Source: a virus
Taxonomy: Duplodnaviria > Heunggongvirae > Uroviricota > Caudoviricetes
Virus record (IMG/VR): IMGVR_UViG_2547132271_000008
Span: 1 to 16,203 of that record
DNA: 16,203 nucleotides
Strand: one strand, 5' to 3'
The notes below the pieces were generated by a model. It made no database searches and was not told the DNA's origin. It worked only from the letters and a program-made list of their open reading frames with translations. The position numbers and the translations under genes are program-made. Position 1 is the first letter of the stretch. Every line of letters begins with the position of its first letter. This document shows, piece by piece, positions 1-7,800 of this stretch.

Positions 1-474
1 ATGTACAGCCCGGTACAAATAGCCAATAAATTCATAACGTTGGGAAACCAACATCATAATCCTCTGACCCACATGCAACTGCAGAAGCTTACTTATATTG
101 CACATGGTTACTATTTAGCATTAACAGGTAAGCCTTTGCTCAATGAATGTGTCTCCGCGTGGAAGTACGGTCCAGTTATTCCTGGAATGTACGATGCTTT
201 CAAAGATTATGGGAATAAACCTGTTACGAATGTAGCAGTAGCTCCTTTTGGTGGCATTGTTACTATGGATCCACAAGCAGAGAGCATTATAGGGGCTGTT
301 TATAAATTTTACGGCTCGAAAAATGGAATTGAGTTATCAACTCTAACTCATATGCCTGGTACGCCTTGGTCACAAGCTTATAATGGTATTGGCTCGTCAA
401 TCATCTCAAATGATGCGATCAAGGCTTATTATCATGATTTATTGAATAACCGACAGCAATGTCAGGGCCTCTGA
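1..474 (+). CDS. Panacea-domain (DUF4065, SocA/GepA-like) protein; putative antitoxin-type component
   Basis: 157-aa ORF starting at window position 1. N-terminal pattern (MYSPVQIANKFI...HMQLQKLTYIAHGYYLA...GKPLLNECVSAWKYGPVIPGMY) matches the Panacea/DUF4065 signature as I recall it. Visibly AT-rich relative to the phage backbone. Family call from memory, not searched. Confidence 0.65.
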   Translation: MYSPVQIANKFITLGNQHHNPLTHMQLQKLTYIAHGYYLALTGKPLLNECVSAWKYGPVIPGMYDAFKDYGNKPVTNVAVAPFGGIVTMDPQAESIIGAVYKFYGSKNGIELSTLTHMPGTPWSQAYNGIGSSIISNDAIKAYYHDLLNNRQQCQGL

Positions 475-496
475 AAAAGTAATATTCAGGGATGAC

Positions 497-1045
497 ATGT
501 CTCACAATTCAGATATCTATAAACTTATCGGAGCGGCCGCAGGTGTTGAAAATGGTCGCTCTGAAGCATCCTTAAACTCTACTGACAGTCAAGAACAGAT
601 TTTTAAATCTGCATTTGAGCCGTCTAATCATGAGAGCGACGATGATTCTTCTTCAGAAAATAAAGCTATTCTGGAGGCAGAAGAGTTTGGTTCTAATACT
701 GGTGCATTGCATGAGTTTATGCAGCAGAACAGAATGGACAGTCTTCAAGCTCAGCTTGATATGCTCAAATCACAAGTACGGGATAAGATAGCTGACGCAA
801 CTGGTAAAGAAATAGACAATGAGCTTCGGACAAAAATGGCCTCATTCACGGTTTGGTTTATGTCGTGTTGGTGCTTATTCGTTGTCGCAATGTTTACATC
901 GTTTCTTATTGCACATGAAGGAAAGCCTCCAGTTGAAGCGATCGTTGCATTACTAGGTACAAGTACAATTAGTATTGTTGGTTTGGTTGGTTTCGTTGTT
1001 AGTGGATTGTTCAAATCAAGAAAAGATAGTGATAAAGAAAAATAA
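497..1045 (+). CDS. membrane protein with acidic N-terminal domain and two C-terminal TM helices; candidate PanT-like toxin partner
   Basis: 182-aa ORF 22 bp after the Panacea gene with AGGGA SD about 5 nt before ATG 497. Acidic/Ser-rich N-terminus, coiled-coil-like middle (SLQAQLDMLKSQVRDKIA), then two hydrophobic stretches (FTVWFMSCWCLFVVAMFTSFLIA; AIVALLGTSTISIVGLVGFVVSGLF) and a basic tail. No homolog recognised. Confidence 0.5.
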   Translation: MSHNSDIYKLIGAAAGVENGRSEASLNSTDSQEQIFKSAFEPSNHESDDDSSSENKAILEAEEFGSNTGALHEFMQQNRMDSLQAQLDMLKSQVRDKIADATGKEIDNELRTKMASFTVWFMSCWCLFVVAMFTSFLIAHEGKPPVEAIVALLGTSTISIVGLVGFVVSGLFKSRKDSDKEK

Positions 1046-1065
1046 CCCGTACATATACGGGTTAT
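1042..1065. terminator. perfect hairpin between convergent genes; likely bidirectional intrinsic terminator
   Basis: ATAACCCGTA (1042-1051), loop CATA, TACGGGTTAT (1056-1065). T-rich on both sides: TTTTAGTTT on +, and the complement of GATAAAGAAAAA on -. Sits between the + gene ending 1045 and the - gene ending 1079. Confidence 0.45.
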
Positions 1066-1078
1066 CCATAGTTTTAGT

Positions 1079-1351
1079 TTAGTTATATTTTTGTTTTTCC
1101 GTTCTGACTTTTTCCCACTCAGCTCGCCCTTCTTCCCGTCTTTTGTCAATATATTCCGCAAGATCCTGAATGTTGATGCAGCGTTTTGCTTTTTGTGATG
1201 TACCGATGCGATATGTAGGTACAGGCAACTTACAAGCGTTTGCTTTTGCTTCTGCTGTGGCTGGACTCATACCAAAGTATTTTTGACTAACTGCTGAGAG
1301 TTCAATGTTTGGGGTATTGAATTCAGCCATCAGTAAAAACAAGGTGTTCAT
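1079..1351 (-). CDS. PrtN/excisionase-like small DNA-binding protein
   Basis: Start chosen at the internal ATG (MNTLFLLMAEF...) because GGAG lies about 7 nt upstream; the ORF could extend to 1378. Motif KYFGMSPATAEAKANACKLPVPTYRIG resembles PrtN/Xis-type HTH proteins. Last gene of the leftward operon, the usual xis position. Confidence 0.5.
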   Translation of the reverse strand: MNTLFLLMAEFNTPNIELSAVSQKYFGMSPATAEAKANACKLPVPTYRIGTSQKAKRCINIQDLAEYIDKRREEGRAEWEKVRTEKQKYN

Positions 1352-1387
1352 AATTTTCTCCATCAAAACCGGCTGCACCCGGGAAAA

Positions 1388-1963
1388 TCATAATTCTGTG
1401 CTGGTGGCAGGAATTAGTTTCTGCCAGATAGCGGAAACATATTTTGCCTGATGACGGGCATCAGCCAGGGCGTTGTGCCGTTCTCCATCGAAAGGCATGT
1501 CCATTTTTGGGTCGAATCCGATGGAACGCCCAAGCGTAACGATCGTGCGTACATCGTGATCATTCCAGTACGCCCATGGGCAGATTTGTCCTGCTCGTTC
1601 ATAAGCTCCGCGTAAAATTACGTTGTCGAAGGTGGCCCCGTTACCCCAGACTTTTAAATATTTCGTATTGTCTGCGTGCCGATTAATGAAATGGCTCAGT
1701 TCAGAGAGTGCATCGCTGATCGACAAAGTATCATCAATAGAGATTGCAGCTCGTGCTTCAGGGCTTTGTTTCAACCACCACAGGATGGTATCGCCGTCAG
1801 GTGTGGCCCCTTGCTCCATGGCACTTTCCAGGCTAACAACCGTATAGAATTCTTGTCCGATATCTCCTGTTTCTGTGGTAAAGAACACTGCGCCAATGGA
1901 AACGATCGGTGCATCCTTATTTTTCCCCATCGTCTCAAGGTCGATCATTAAGTTGTTCATCAC
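1388..1963 (-). CDS. 3'-5' exonuclease, DnaQ-like (DEDDh) phage family
   Basis: 191 aa with DEDDh-type motifs: MIDLETMG near the N-terminus, WGNGATFDNVIL in the middle, ERHNALADARHQAKY near the C-terminus. ATGA start/stop overlap with the upstream gene. Confidence 0.7.
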   Translation of the reverse strand: MMNNLMIDLETMGKNKDAPIVSIGAVFFTTETGDIGQEFYTVVSLESAMEQGATPDGDTILWWLKQSPEARAAISIDDTLSISDALSELSHFINRHADNTKYLKVWGNGATFDNVILRGAYERAGQICPWAYWNDHDVRTIVTLGRSIGFDPKMDMPFDGERHNALADARHQAKYVSAIWQKLIPATSTEL

Positions 1964-2670
1964 TTCACCTCCTGCGGCGGTTCCGGTAGCGGCATCCAGT
2001 GAGTTGCTTGCTCAATACCATTACCCGGCTTAATTGTTGCACCTCCGCGCCGAAAGGTGCTTCCGGTATAGCGTGCGGAGCATATTAGCGGTTCAACCAG
2101 AGAGCTATCGAAATTCACCGAAATAAGCACGTTCTGGCCCTTTTCAGGCATTCGATCACTACAGCTTATCCAACTATCCGGAGTTCCCGGAGAGTTGCCA
2201 TTTACATCGAAGTTCGGCTCTGCGTCCTGAACCAGGAGGATGTAACCATTCTTGGCTGTATCAAGTTCTAACGCCTCGGTGACGGTGCCGAAATAGCGAT
2301 TACCTAAATCAGCATCACAAGTGCTTACATCAATGGAAACTTCCATGCCTTCGATTAATTCTGGCAAGTTGTAAGTTTGGCTTACAGGTTGGCTACCCTG
2401 AAGCATGGCGGCGCGGTGACACCAGATAATCCAGCCAAGCGCCATATCCCATGCCATGTATTCTCTATCGCCATTTTTTGCCCTACGGCGATCTACAGAT
2501 TCCCCGAAACGCTTCTCCATAAATAATTCATAGGCTGCTCGTTCATCCGATACTGCTGCCAGCGATGCCAGTGCAATTCGTGCCAGTTCCATTTGTTCGC
2601 CACGAGTAAGCCCGTTTTCAAGCGGATTTTTAATGAACAATTCAATACGTTCTTTGGTAATACTGGTCAT
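1960..2670 (-). CDS. DUF551 domain-containing phage protein
   Basis: 236 aa. C-terminal WISCSDRMPEKGQNVLISV...ATHWMPLPEPP matches the DUF551 signature common in lambdoid early-left regions. SD GAGGA upstream; ATGA overlaps with both neighbours. Confidence 0.6.
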   Translation of the reverse strand: MTSITKERIELFIKNPLENGLTRGEQMELARIALASLAAVSDERAAYELFMEKRFGESVDRRRAKNGDREYMAWDMALGWIIWCHRAAMLQGSQPVSQTYNLPELIEGMEVSIDVSTCDADLGNRYFGTVTEALELDTAKNGYILLVQDAEPNFDVNGNSPGTPDSWISCSDRMPEKGQNVLISVNFDSSLVEPLICSARYTGSTFRRGGATIKPGNGIEQATHWMPLPEPPQEVK

Positions 2671-2876
2671 TTGTTAATCCTCAAAACTTTATGCCCAGGC
2701 GCAAAAGCACGCGTTTTGTCTTTGCTTATTCGCCAGCCATCCTTGCGCGCCTCTTTTGCACAGCCTGCCCATGACGTACCGATATACTCACCGAAGTCTG
2801 GCCCTGGATATACACATTCCGTACACTGGCGGCAGTCACAATAGAGATGCATTGTGTAACTTGCGGCAATAGCCAT
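2667..2876 (-). CDS. small Cys-rich hypothetical protein
   Basis: Start set at MAIAAS... (ATG 2876) because AAGGAGG lies about 5 nt upstream. Cysteine cluster (CDCRQCTEC...GC). Translationally coupled within the operon. Confidence 0.45.
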   Translation of the reverse strand: MAIAASYTMHLYCDCRQCTECVYPGPDFGEYIGTSWAGCAKEARKDGWRISKDKTRAFAPGHKVLRINK

Positions 2877-2877
2877 A

Positions 2878-3441
2878 TCACCCTCCTTTACCATGAAGCA
2901 TGGCGTCGCTCCGCTCTATACCATCCAGCGCGATTCGCAGTGCCTGAATTGTGGTAGTGCTATCGTTTGGGGCTATTCCATATCGCTCGAATACAGCGAT
3001 ATGACCGCGCATAATCTCAGGCGTAAGCTCTTTGTAAGCATAAGCAAGCGACCCTGATGCATTATCCGGCACTACTGGCGATGGCTGTTTAGCTTCTAAA
3101 TCAGCAATTCTGTCAACCACGGCATCGACGGCATCTGAAAAACTGAAACAGTTACTCCACTCCGGCCTATCCCCGGTTGCTGCAAAATACATATCAGATA
3201 AAGCAGACTCAGCATTGTCACGCTCATTGATGAGTTGCTCTTCGCTTTCCTCCAGCTCTGCAATGCGTTTGCTTTGGGCTTCTCGTTCATCCAGCAGCGC
3301 CAGCACAATGTGTGGCGTTATCAAGGACTCAAATTCGGCAACAGCTTGCTCACCTCGCTTGTAATTCTTAATCCCACCTAAATCTTTCGCGTTCTGTGCC
3401 GCCTCACGCAGCGCCAGTGTGTCGATGTCGATGTTGCTCAT
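2878..3441 (-). CDS. Ead/Ea22-like early protein (tentative)
   Basis: Start at MSNIDID (ATG 3441) with GAGGAGG about 4 nt upstream. Acidic coiled-coil middle (RIAELEESEEQLINERD) typical of Ea22-like proteins. Family call from memory. Confidence 0.45.
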   Translation of the reverse strand: MSNIDIDTLALREAAQNAKDLGGIKNYKRGEQAVAEFESLITPHIVLALLDEREAQSKRIAELEESEEQLINERDNAESALSDMYFAATGDRPEWSNCFSFSDAVDAVVDRIADLEAKQPSPVVPDNASGSLAYAYKELTPEIMRGHIAVFERYGIAPNDSTTTIQALRIALDGIERSDAMLHGKGG

Positions 3442-3671
3442 TGTGCCTCCTCGATTTCGTCCCATTCCACCCAGGCATTCTCTCCATCAGCATCGATTTC
3501 ACCTTTGTGACCGCATTTGGAACAAACGGCCTCATCACCCGCCCACAAAGAATCTTTGGTTACCGACCATCCTGTTACCCTGGCTTTGCCGTGCTGGCAC
3601 TTAGGGCAATCATCAAGCCATTCGACTTCGACCGTTGAAGGACCAAATCCATGTTCAGTTCGGATGCTCAT
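3438..3671 (-). CDS. small zinc-ribbon protein
   Basis: CPKC...(22 aa)...CSKC motif. ATGA-type overlaps at both ends (3668-3671 and 3438-3441). Start taken at the internal Met (MSIRTEH). Confidence 0.45.
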   Translation of the reverse strand: MSIRTEHGFGPSTVEVEWLDDCPKCQHGKARVTGWSVTKDSLWAGDEAVCSKCGHKGEIDADGENAWVEWDEIEEAQ

Positions 3672-4024
3672 GACTGAACTCCTTTGCGAATCTGTTCCGC
3701 CCATTCTTCAAGGGATTTCTCCGCATATTCACCGGACAGGCCATCAATCGGATGCGATTCATTAGCTAACTCTTCTTTTGCTGACAGAATCATGCGTGTA
3801 ACGTCGAAAACTTCAGCCAAAGGCTTATTGATAAATCCGTGATTGAAAGCAGCAGCAAGACGGCTTGCGGTATAGTTAATACCCTCGTTGCGAGCCTCAG
3901 CACGTACTTCATCGAATTTACGCACCAGATACTCAGCATTTGTTTCATTCACTTTCAGATCTCGCGGTACACATTTCCCGCGAAGAAACCCTTCCATTTC
4001 GAAAACATTCATGCGCATTTGCAT
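3668..4024 (-). CDS. hypothetical early-left protein (YfdS-like by position and size)
   Basis: 118-aa ORF in the operon between the yfdR-like and zinc-ribbon genes. No recognisable domain. Overlaps the yfdR-like 3' end by 16 nt. Confidence 0.45.
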   Translation of the reverse strand: MQMRMNVFEMEGFLRGKCVPRDLKVNETNAEYLVRKFDEVRAEARNEGINYTASRLAAAFNHGFINKPLAEVFDVTRMILSAKEELANESHPIDGLSGEYAEKSLEEWAEQIRKGVQS

Positions 4025-4545
4025 AACCCCGATAACTCGTTAAAACGTTCCATAAACATCCCGTAGGCATGGCCTGGTGACAGTGGAATAACTTTGAACA
4101 TCTCTGTCGCCGGGATACCTTCCAGTACAGGCCAGAAAGAACCATCATCAAGCCCGAGATCGCGGCGTTCGGTTGCCAGCATAATGAGATCGGCATATTT
4201 CACTGGCGTGCTCATAACAGGAGGTAACCCGTATTTCTCACGGATTACGGCGTCTATTTTTTCTTCCATCCGTTTATAGTCAGGAAGAAGGCGTTTCAGT
4301 GGTGCGGGGATGTCCTGGCAATATGCTTCTGTTGCATCATGCATTAACGCTTCAAAAGCAAATTCCTGCGGTACCAGCTGGCTGCAAAGCACCGCATGTT
4401 GGGCGACGCTGTAGAAGTGTGAAAGATGTCCTGCAAAGCGACAGATATTTGAAAGGGAAACCGCGATATCGTTAATAACGATGTCGTCTTTATTTATCTT
4501 GTCATAATAAAAATGCTTCCCGGAAAAAGTTTTAATAAATGACAT
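4009..4545 (-). CDS. yfdR: HD-domain phosphohydrolase (YfdR-like 5'-deoxynucleotidase)
   Basis: HD-type motif (ALMHDATEAY) and conserved His-rich N-terminal part. Start taken at MSFIKTF, giving 178 aa, the length I recall for E. coli CPS-53 YfdR. Symbol assigned from memory. Confidence 0.65.
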   Translation of the reverse strand: MSFIKTFSGKHFYYDKINKDDIVINDIAVSLSNICRFAGHLSHFYSVAQHAVLCSQLVPQEFAFEALMHDATEAYCQDIPAPLKRLLPDYKRMEEKIDAVIREKYGLPPVMSTPVKYADLIMLATERRDLGLDDGSFWPVLEGIPATEMFKVIPLSPGHAYGMFMERFNELSGLCKCA

Positions 4546-4672
4546 TTTGTTCTCCACGTATATGCGCTGCACCGCGCTGAATTCTGCTAAAAGGAAGCTC
4601 TCACCATCCGGTGATTATTGAGTTAATTACGTTTCCATAAATGCCCCCGCAGGGGCATTTGCAGTAATGAAA

Positions 4673-5497
4673 TCAGGCGGTGAAAGTACCAATAAAGGTT
4701 TCTACTTTGCTGTCTTTGAATTTCTCAACAAGCAGATCACGAAATTCGTTAGCCATTTCTTCCTGCATCGCTTCCAGCTGAATAATGCGCAGAACCAGTA
4801 CAGGACGATCGCCAGTGATAATGCTGAGGCGTAATTTAAACGGACGTTCTTTCAGGCCTTCAAACGGAACGCATTTAAATTCAAATGCCACTGGCATAAT
4901 GTCTTTGGTTTTCGCTTCGACAGACTCCATCAGAGAGCGTTTGCCGCTGAAGTCATTGTCTTCAAAATCAGCGGTCTGGTTTGCTTCAATTGTGATTTTA
5001 CGGACTGCCGCAGCCGCTTTGGTTGCCTGAATGGTGTCACCATTAGCATCAAAGCCCACAAGGTAGTCGGCCCAGTCTTCAATCCATTCTGCCAGTGACT
5101 TCTGGGAGTTACGCTCGCCATTAACAGACAACAGAGCAGAAAACGGTGCTGTCTTTTTCAGTTTGAGGGTGGCGGTGTTATCTGCGTGACCTGGTTCATC
5201 AATAGTACCCAGGTTAAGCACACTGACGGCTCGCATATTATCGGCATCGATAAAGCAGCGGGTGCCTTCATCTGCAAGATCTTTAGAATAACGGGTAAAG
5301 TCATCGATGCTGGCAGTGGAAAGCGCACCACGGAAACGGAAGCGATTTAAATTAAATTTTTCCAGATCATGAATGCGGAAATTCTCAGGCAATGCCACAG
5401 CATCGGCACCAATCTTACTGATAATTTCATTAACACCCTGAGCAGAAATAAGGGCATGGATTTGATTAATTGCGGTTGCGTCTAAGTTCTGAGACAT
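4673..5497 (-). CDS. yfdQ: YfdQ-like prophage protein (DUF2303-type, function unknown)
   Basis: 274-aa ORF, same length and operon position as CPS-53 YfdQ. Clean coding appearance. Symbol assigned from memory. Confidence 0.6.
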   Translation of the reverse strand: MSQNLDATAINQIHALISAQGVNEIISKIGADAVALPENFRIHDLEKFNLNRFRFRGALSTASIDDFTRYSKDLADEGTRCFIDADNMRAVSVLNLGTIDEPGHADNTATLKLKKTAPFSALLSVNGERNSQKSLAEWIEDWADYLVGFDANGDTIQATKAAAAVRKITIEANQTADFEDNDFSGKRSLMESVEAKTKDIMPVAFEFKCVPFEGLKERPFKLRLSIITGDRPVLVLRIIQLEAMQEEMANEFRDLLVEKFKDSKVETFIGTFTA

Positions 5498-5562
5498 AAT
5501 AAGTCCTCACTATATAAAGATATTCAGTGATGAGATAAATAATCAGTTTATTAAAAACGATA

Positions 5563-5925
5563 TTAACGACCTGCTGCGCGGAGTTTTCCGTCAGGTTCAC
5601 CGGCAAGAGTCAGTAATTGTCCCTGGTCTTCCTGCAGAATAGTCAGGCGACCACCGCGATTGACATACATCGGCGTTTCGGTGGTGTCTTCTTCGGAAAT
5701 TTTCCCGCGGTTAGTCGGGCGAACATATGAGAGTTTGTGTTTGATTTTCACACGGTTCTCATCAAATGGTTCGATTTCCAGGTTGAGTGAGACCTTACCT
5801 TTGGTTTTCGTGTTCATCACACCGGAAGCGACTTCACTGAGAACTGCGCCGATTTTGGTTTCAAATACGCCGCCGTCCAGCTCCCCGATAAATGCCTGCA
5901 CATCAGTACTGCGTTCGCTAGCCAT
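5563..5925 (-). CDS. yfdP: YfdP-like prophage protein
   Basis: ORF track gives 182 aa, but the N-terminal 62 codons are Cys/Arg-rich and overlap the structured non-coding region. Internal ATG 5925 (MASERSTD...) has GAGGAG about 6 nt upstream and yields 120 aa, the length I recall for YfdP. Confidence 0.55.
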   Translation of the reverse strand: MASERSTDVQAFIGELDGGVFETKIGAVLSEVASGVMNTKTKGKVSLNLEIEPFDENRVKIKHKLSYVRPTNRGKISEEDTTETPMYVNRGGRLTILQEDQGQLLTLAGEPDGKLRAAGR

Positions 5926-5973
5926 TTTGCTGCTCCTCATCATATCGACCCTGCAAGGTCGGTTGGTTTCTCC

Positions 5974-6062
5974 ACAAAACAGAGAAGAACACCTGCGGTG
6001 GCAGCCGCCCGGATGGATTGGGTTATGAGCCCGTCGTCCGGTGATGCTCTTCTCTGTTTTGT
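5974..6062. repeat. 15-bp perfect inverted repeat (ACAAAACAGAGAAGA / TCTTCTCTGTTTTGT) around a 59-nt GC-rich spacer
   Basis: Read directly: arm A 5974-5988, arm B 6048-6062, exact reverse complements. Lies in a ~400-bp gap with no convincing ORF, immediately 3' (on the - strand) of the terminator at 6060-6108. Confidence 0.8.
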
Positions 6063-6108
6063 AAAAAGAGCGGTACCAGCCGGAAGCAAGTGTACAAACT
6101 GGTACCGC
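6060..6108 (-). terminator. Rho-independent terminator for leftward transcription (tL1-like position)
   Basis: 10-bp GC-rich stem GCGGTACCAG (6070-6079) / CTGGTACCGC (6099-6108) with a 19-nt loop. On the - strand it is followed by UCUUUUUACA (6069-6060). About 220 bp downstream of the first leftward gene. Confidence 0.5.
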
Positions 6109-6328
6109 CAAAGCAGTGGCTGTTGTGGTGCCGGGTGCCTCCCGGTGCCTGGCGAAGGTTGCACACCAGGCGGGTGGGTATCCACAGAAGGTCGACTGTC
6201 AGTCTCAACCTTAACCCGCGTGCGCTGAGCCGCATTCACCACAACGCTAAGGATTCTCTCTGGTTGAAAATACTTAGCTGTTATGTGCCTGCTTTTAGCC
6301 ACATCAGGCGAGGTGGTAGGTACGTGAG

Positions 6329-6697
6329 CTACTTGGTGGTATTTGCCTTCGATGAGGCAAGATAGGCATCAAGATCACTTTTTAGGTAAATAACCTTTCT
6401 ACCGATTTTTAAAAAAGGTATTCGAACTTTTCCTGTGCTAGCCCAATTAGCTAAGGTTTGCGCTTCTACGCCGATATAGGCTGCGGCGTCTTCTCTATTC
6501 ATTTTTTCATGTTGTTCTGACAGAATACTCGTTGCTTCAAAATCAAAGCCCAGCCTTTCAAAGGCATAGATAATAGAGCCCAAAGCCATTTGTTTAACTG
6601 TTCTGTAGTTACTGCTTTCAACTTGGCTTAATGCAGTTTTTGCTGCTTCAATCACCACAAGCCAGGCATCTCGTTGGTTGTCGATACTGCCATCCAT
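6329..6697 (-). CDS. DNA-binding protein with C-terminal AlpA/excisionase-type HTH (HTH_17-like), in the N-gene position
   Basis: Start taken at ATG 6697 (MDGSID...) with AGGAGA about 6 nt upstream; the GTG at 6703 is too close to the SD. C-terminal AAAYIGVEAQTLANWASTGKVRIPFLKIGRKVIYLKSDLDAYL fits an AlpA/Xis-type HTH. Not Arg-rich, so not N-like. Confidence 0.5.
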   Translation of the reverse strand: MDGSIDNQRDAWLVVIEAAKTALSQVESSNYRTVKQMALGSIIYAFERLGFDFEATSILSEQHEKMNREDAAAYIGVEAQTLANWASTGKVRIPFLKIGRKVIYLKSDLDAYLASSKANTTK

Positions 6698-6703
6698 ATT
6701 CAC

Positions 6704-6875
6704 TCTCCTGCCATGTGCGAATCATCCGGTCATTCATACGCCACCGTCGGCTACTTCGTGGGCGTCCTGCCTGTTCGTTATCTTTGATATAAAAATCTAA
6801 CTTAACTTAGTTTTGATGGCAAGAGAAAACACCAAACTTTTCTTAGTTCGGTGTTTTGGTTAGAGAAAAGGGGGG
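6704..6875. promoter_or_regulatory. putative oL/pL region downstream of the repressor gene
   Basis: AT-rich gap containing ACTTAG/CTTAGT half-sites (CTAACTTAACTTAGTT at 6797-6812; TCTTAGT at 6841-6847) identical to those in the oR region. Promoter hexamers not confidently placed. Confidence 0.3.
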
Positions 6876-7502
6876 CTAGAGTTCGTATTGAACTCCTTTG
6901 ACTACACCAATGATGAGGCAATTACCATTGATCGGGATGTTGGGGTACCGGGGATTTAATGGCACTAAAAACTTTTGAGGGCCATCGATAACTAATTTTT
7001 TTACTGTGGCTTCGTTTGTTCCATCAAGTCTAGCGATGACTATTTTTCCATGCCGGGGTTCTGCATCAGGATCTACAATCACTGTTGCGCCTTCTGGTAT
7101 TGTTGGGAGGCCGTTAGGGTTAGTCATGGAGTCGCCTTTAACCTCCAATGCAAATGAGTTATCACCAATCTTTAATGATGTATCTACCCACTTGTCTACT
7201 TCACTAAACACTTCTGCTGTCCTGCACTCAGTAAACTGCCCAGCCTGAACCCACGAGATTACAGGAACTCTGCGCATGTTTGTGACGAGTTTGCCTTCAA
7301 ACTCCGCACCATAAAGAATGTAATCTATTGACGTATTGAAGAACTTCGCTAATTTTGAAAGTGCTTCCCCACCAGGGACATTGATGTCTTTCTCCCAGTA
7401 CCCCACAGCAACGTCACTTACTCCACAAAATTTACCCAATTCTTTCTGGGACGTTCTGGTAACTCTTCTCAGAGCTTTTATACGCTGACCAACCGTTTCC
7501 AT
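6876..7502 (-). CDS. cI: CI-like prophage repressor (N-terminal XRE-type HTH + C-terminal S24 LexA-like autopeptidase)
   Basis: 208 aa. N-terminal HTH (QKELGKFCGVSDVAVGYWEKD). C-terminal S24 signature with GDSM (EVKGDSMTNP) and a downstream Lys (TVKKL). Divergent from the Cro-like gene across a 97-bp operator region. Confidence 0.8.
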   Translation of the reverse strand: METVGQRIKALRRVTRTSQKELGKFCGVSDVAVGYWEKDINVPGGEALSKLAKFFNTSIDYILYGAEFEGKLVTNMRRVPVISWVQAGQFTECRTAEVFSEVDKWVDTSLKIGDNSFALEVKGDSMTNPNGLPTIPEGATVIVDPDAEPRHGKIVIARLDGTNEATVKKLVIDGPQKFLVPLNPRYPNIPINGNCLIIGVVKGVQYEL

Positions 7503-7599
7503 AGGAGCACCATTTCTTTAATTACTAAGTAATCTTAGTTTTTATTGACCTAAGATAGATTGATAATTAACATCTAATAAAACTTAGTTTGGAGGGCAT
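7503..7599. promoter_or_regulatory. oR-type operator/promoter region (divergent pRM/pR)
   Basis: Palindrome ACTAAGTAATCTTAGT (7524-7539) plus further CTAAG/ACTTAG half-sites (7551-7555, 7582-7587). Candidate rightward promoter TTGACC (7545-7550) with TAACAT about 17 bp downstream. GGAGGG SD before the cro-like ATG. Confidence 0.55.
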
Positions 7600-7800
7600 A
7601 TGACGACTGACGATATCGAAAGCTACTTCGGCAGCATTGAGAAAGTTGCTGCTTTTTTCGGCATAACAACTGAAGCCGTTTATCAGTGGCGAAACCGTCC
7701 TGGCCAGTTAATTCCAAAAGGACGTGCAGCAGAGGCTGCATATAGAACTTGCGGACGGTTGCCATTTAAACCTGAGCTTTATGAAAAATCTAATGGATAA
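7600..7800 (+). CDS. cro: Cro-like small HTH regulator
   Basis: 66 aa, first rightward gene opposite the repressor, with GGAGGG SD. HTH-like segment (FFGITTEAVYQWRNR). Confidence 0.6.
   Translation: MTTDDIESYFGSIEKVAAFFGITTEAVYQWRNRPGQLIPKGRAAEAAYRTCGRLPFKPELYEKSNG

Noticed and set aside
751-1161. 136-aa ORF on the - strand
   Set aside because: Antisense to the membrane-protein gene and running through the terminator hairpin; low-complexity Lys/Ile-rich translation typical of AT-rich antisense frames.
1414-1951. ORFs 1414..1602 (-), 1623..1847 (+) and 1676..1951 (+) inside or antisense to the exonuclease gene
   Set aside because: Fully embedded in a gene with clear DEDDh motifs; no independent start signals.
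5940-6365. Four mutually overlapping ORFs on both strands (5940..6302 -, 5998..6228 +, 6023..6235 -, 6090..6365 +), plus the 62-codon N-terminal extension of the yfdP-like ORF to 6111
   Set aside because: They overlap each other in a GC-rich structured region, have Pro/Arg/Cys-rich unnatural compositions, lack SD sequences, and the extension conflicts with the well-supported SD-preceded start at 5925. Treated as non-coding.
6826-6857. Hairpin just downstream of the repressor gene as a possible terminator
   Set aside because: The stem is AU-rich (AAAACACC/GGTGTTTT) with a 16-nt loop, too weak to call an intrinsic terminator; it may instead be part of the operator/promoter region.
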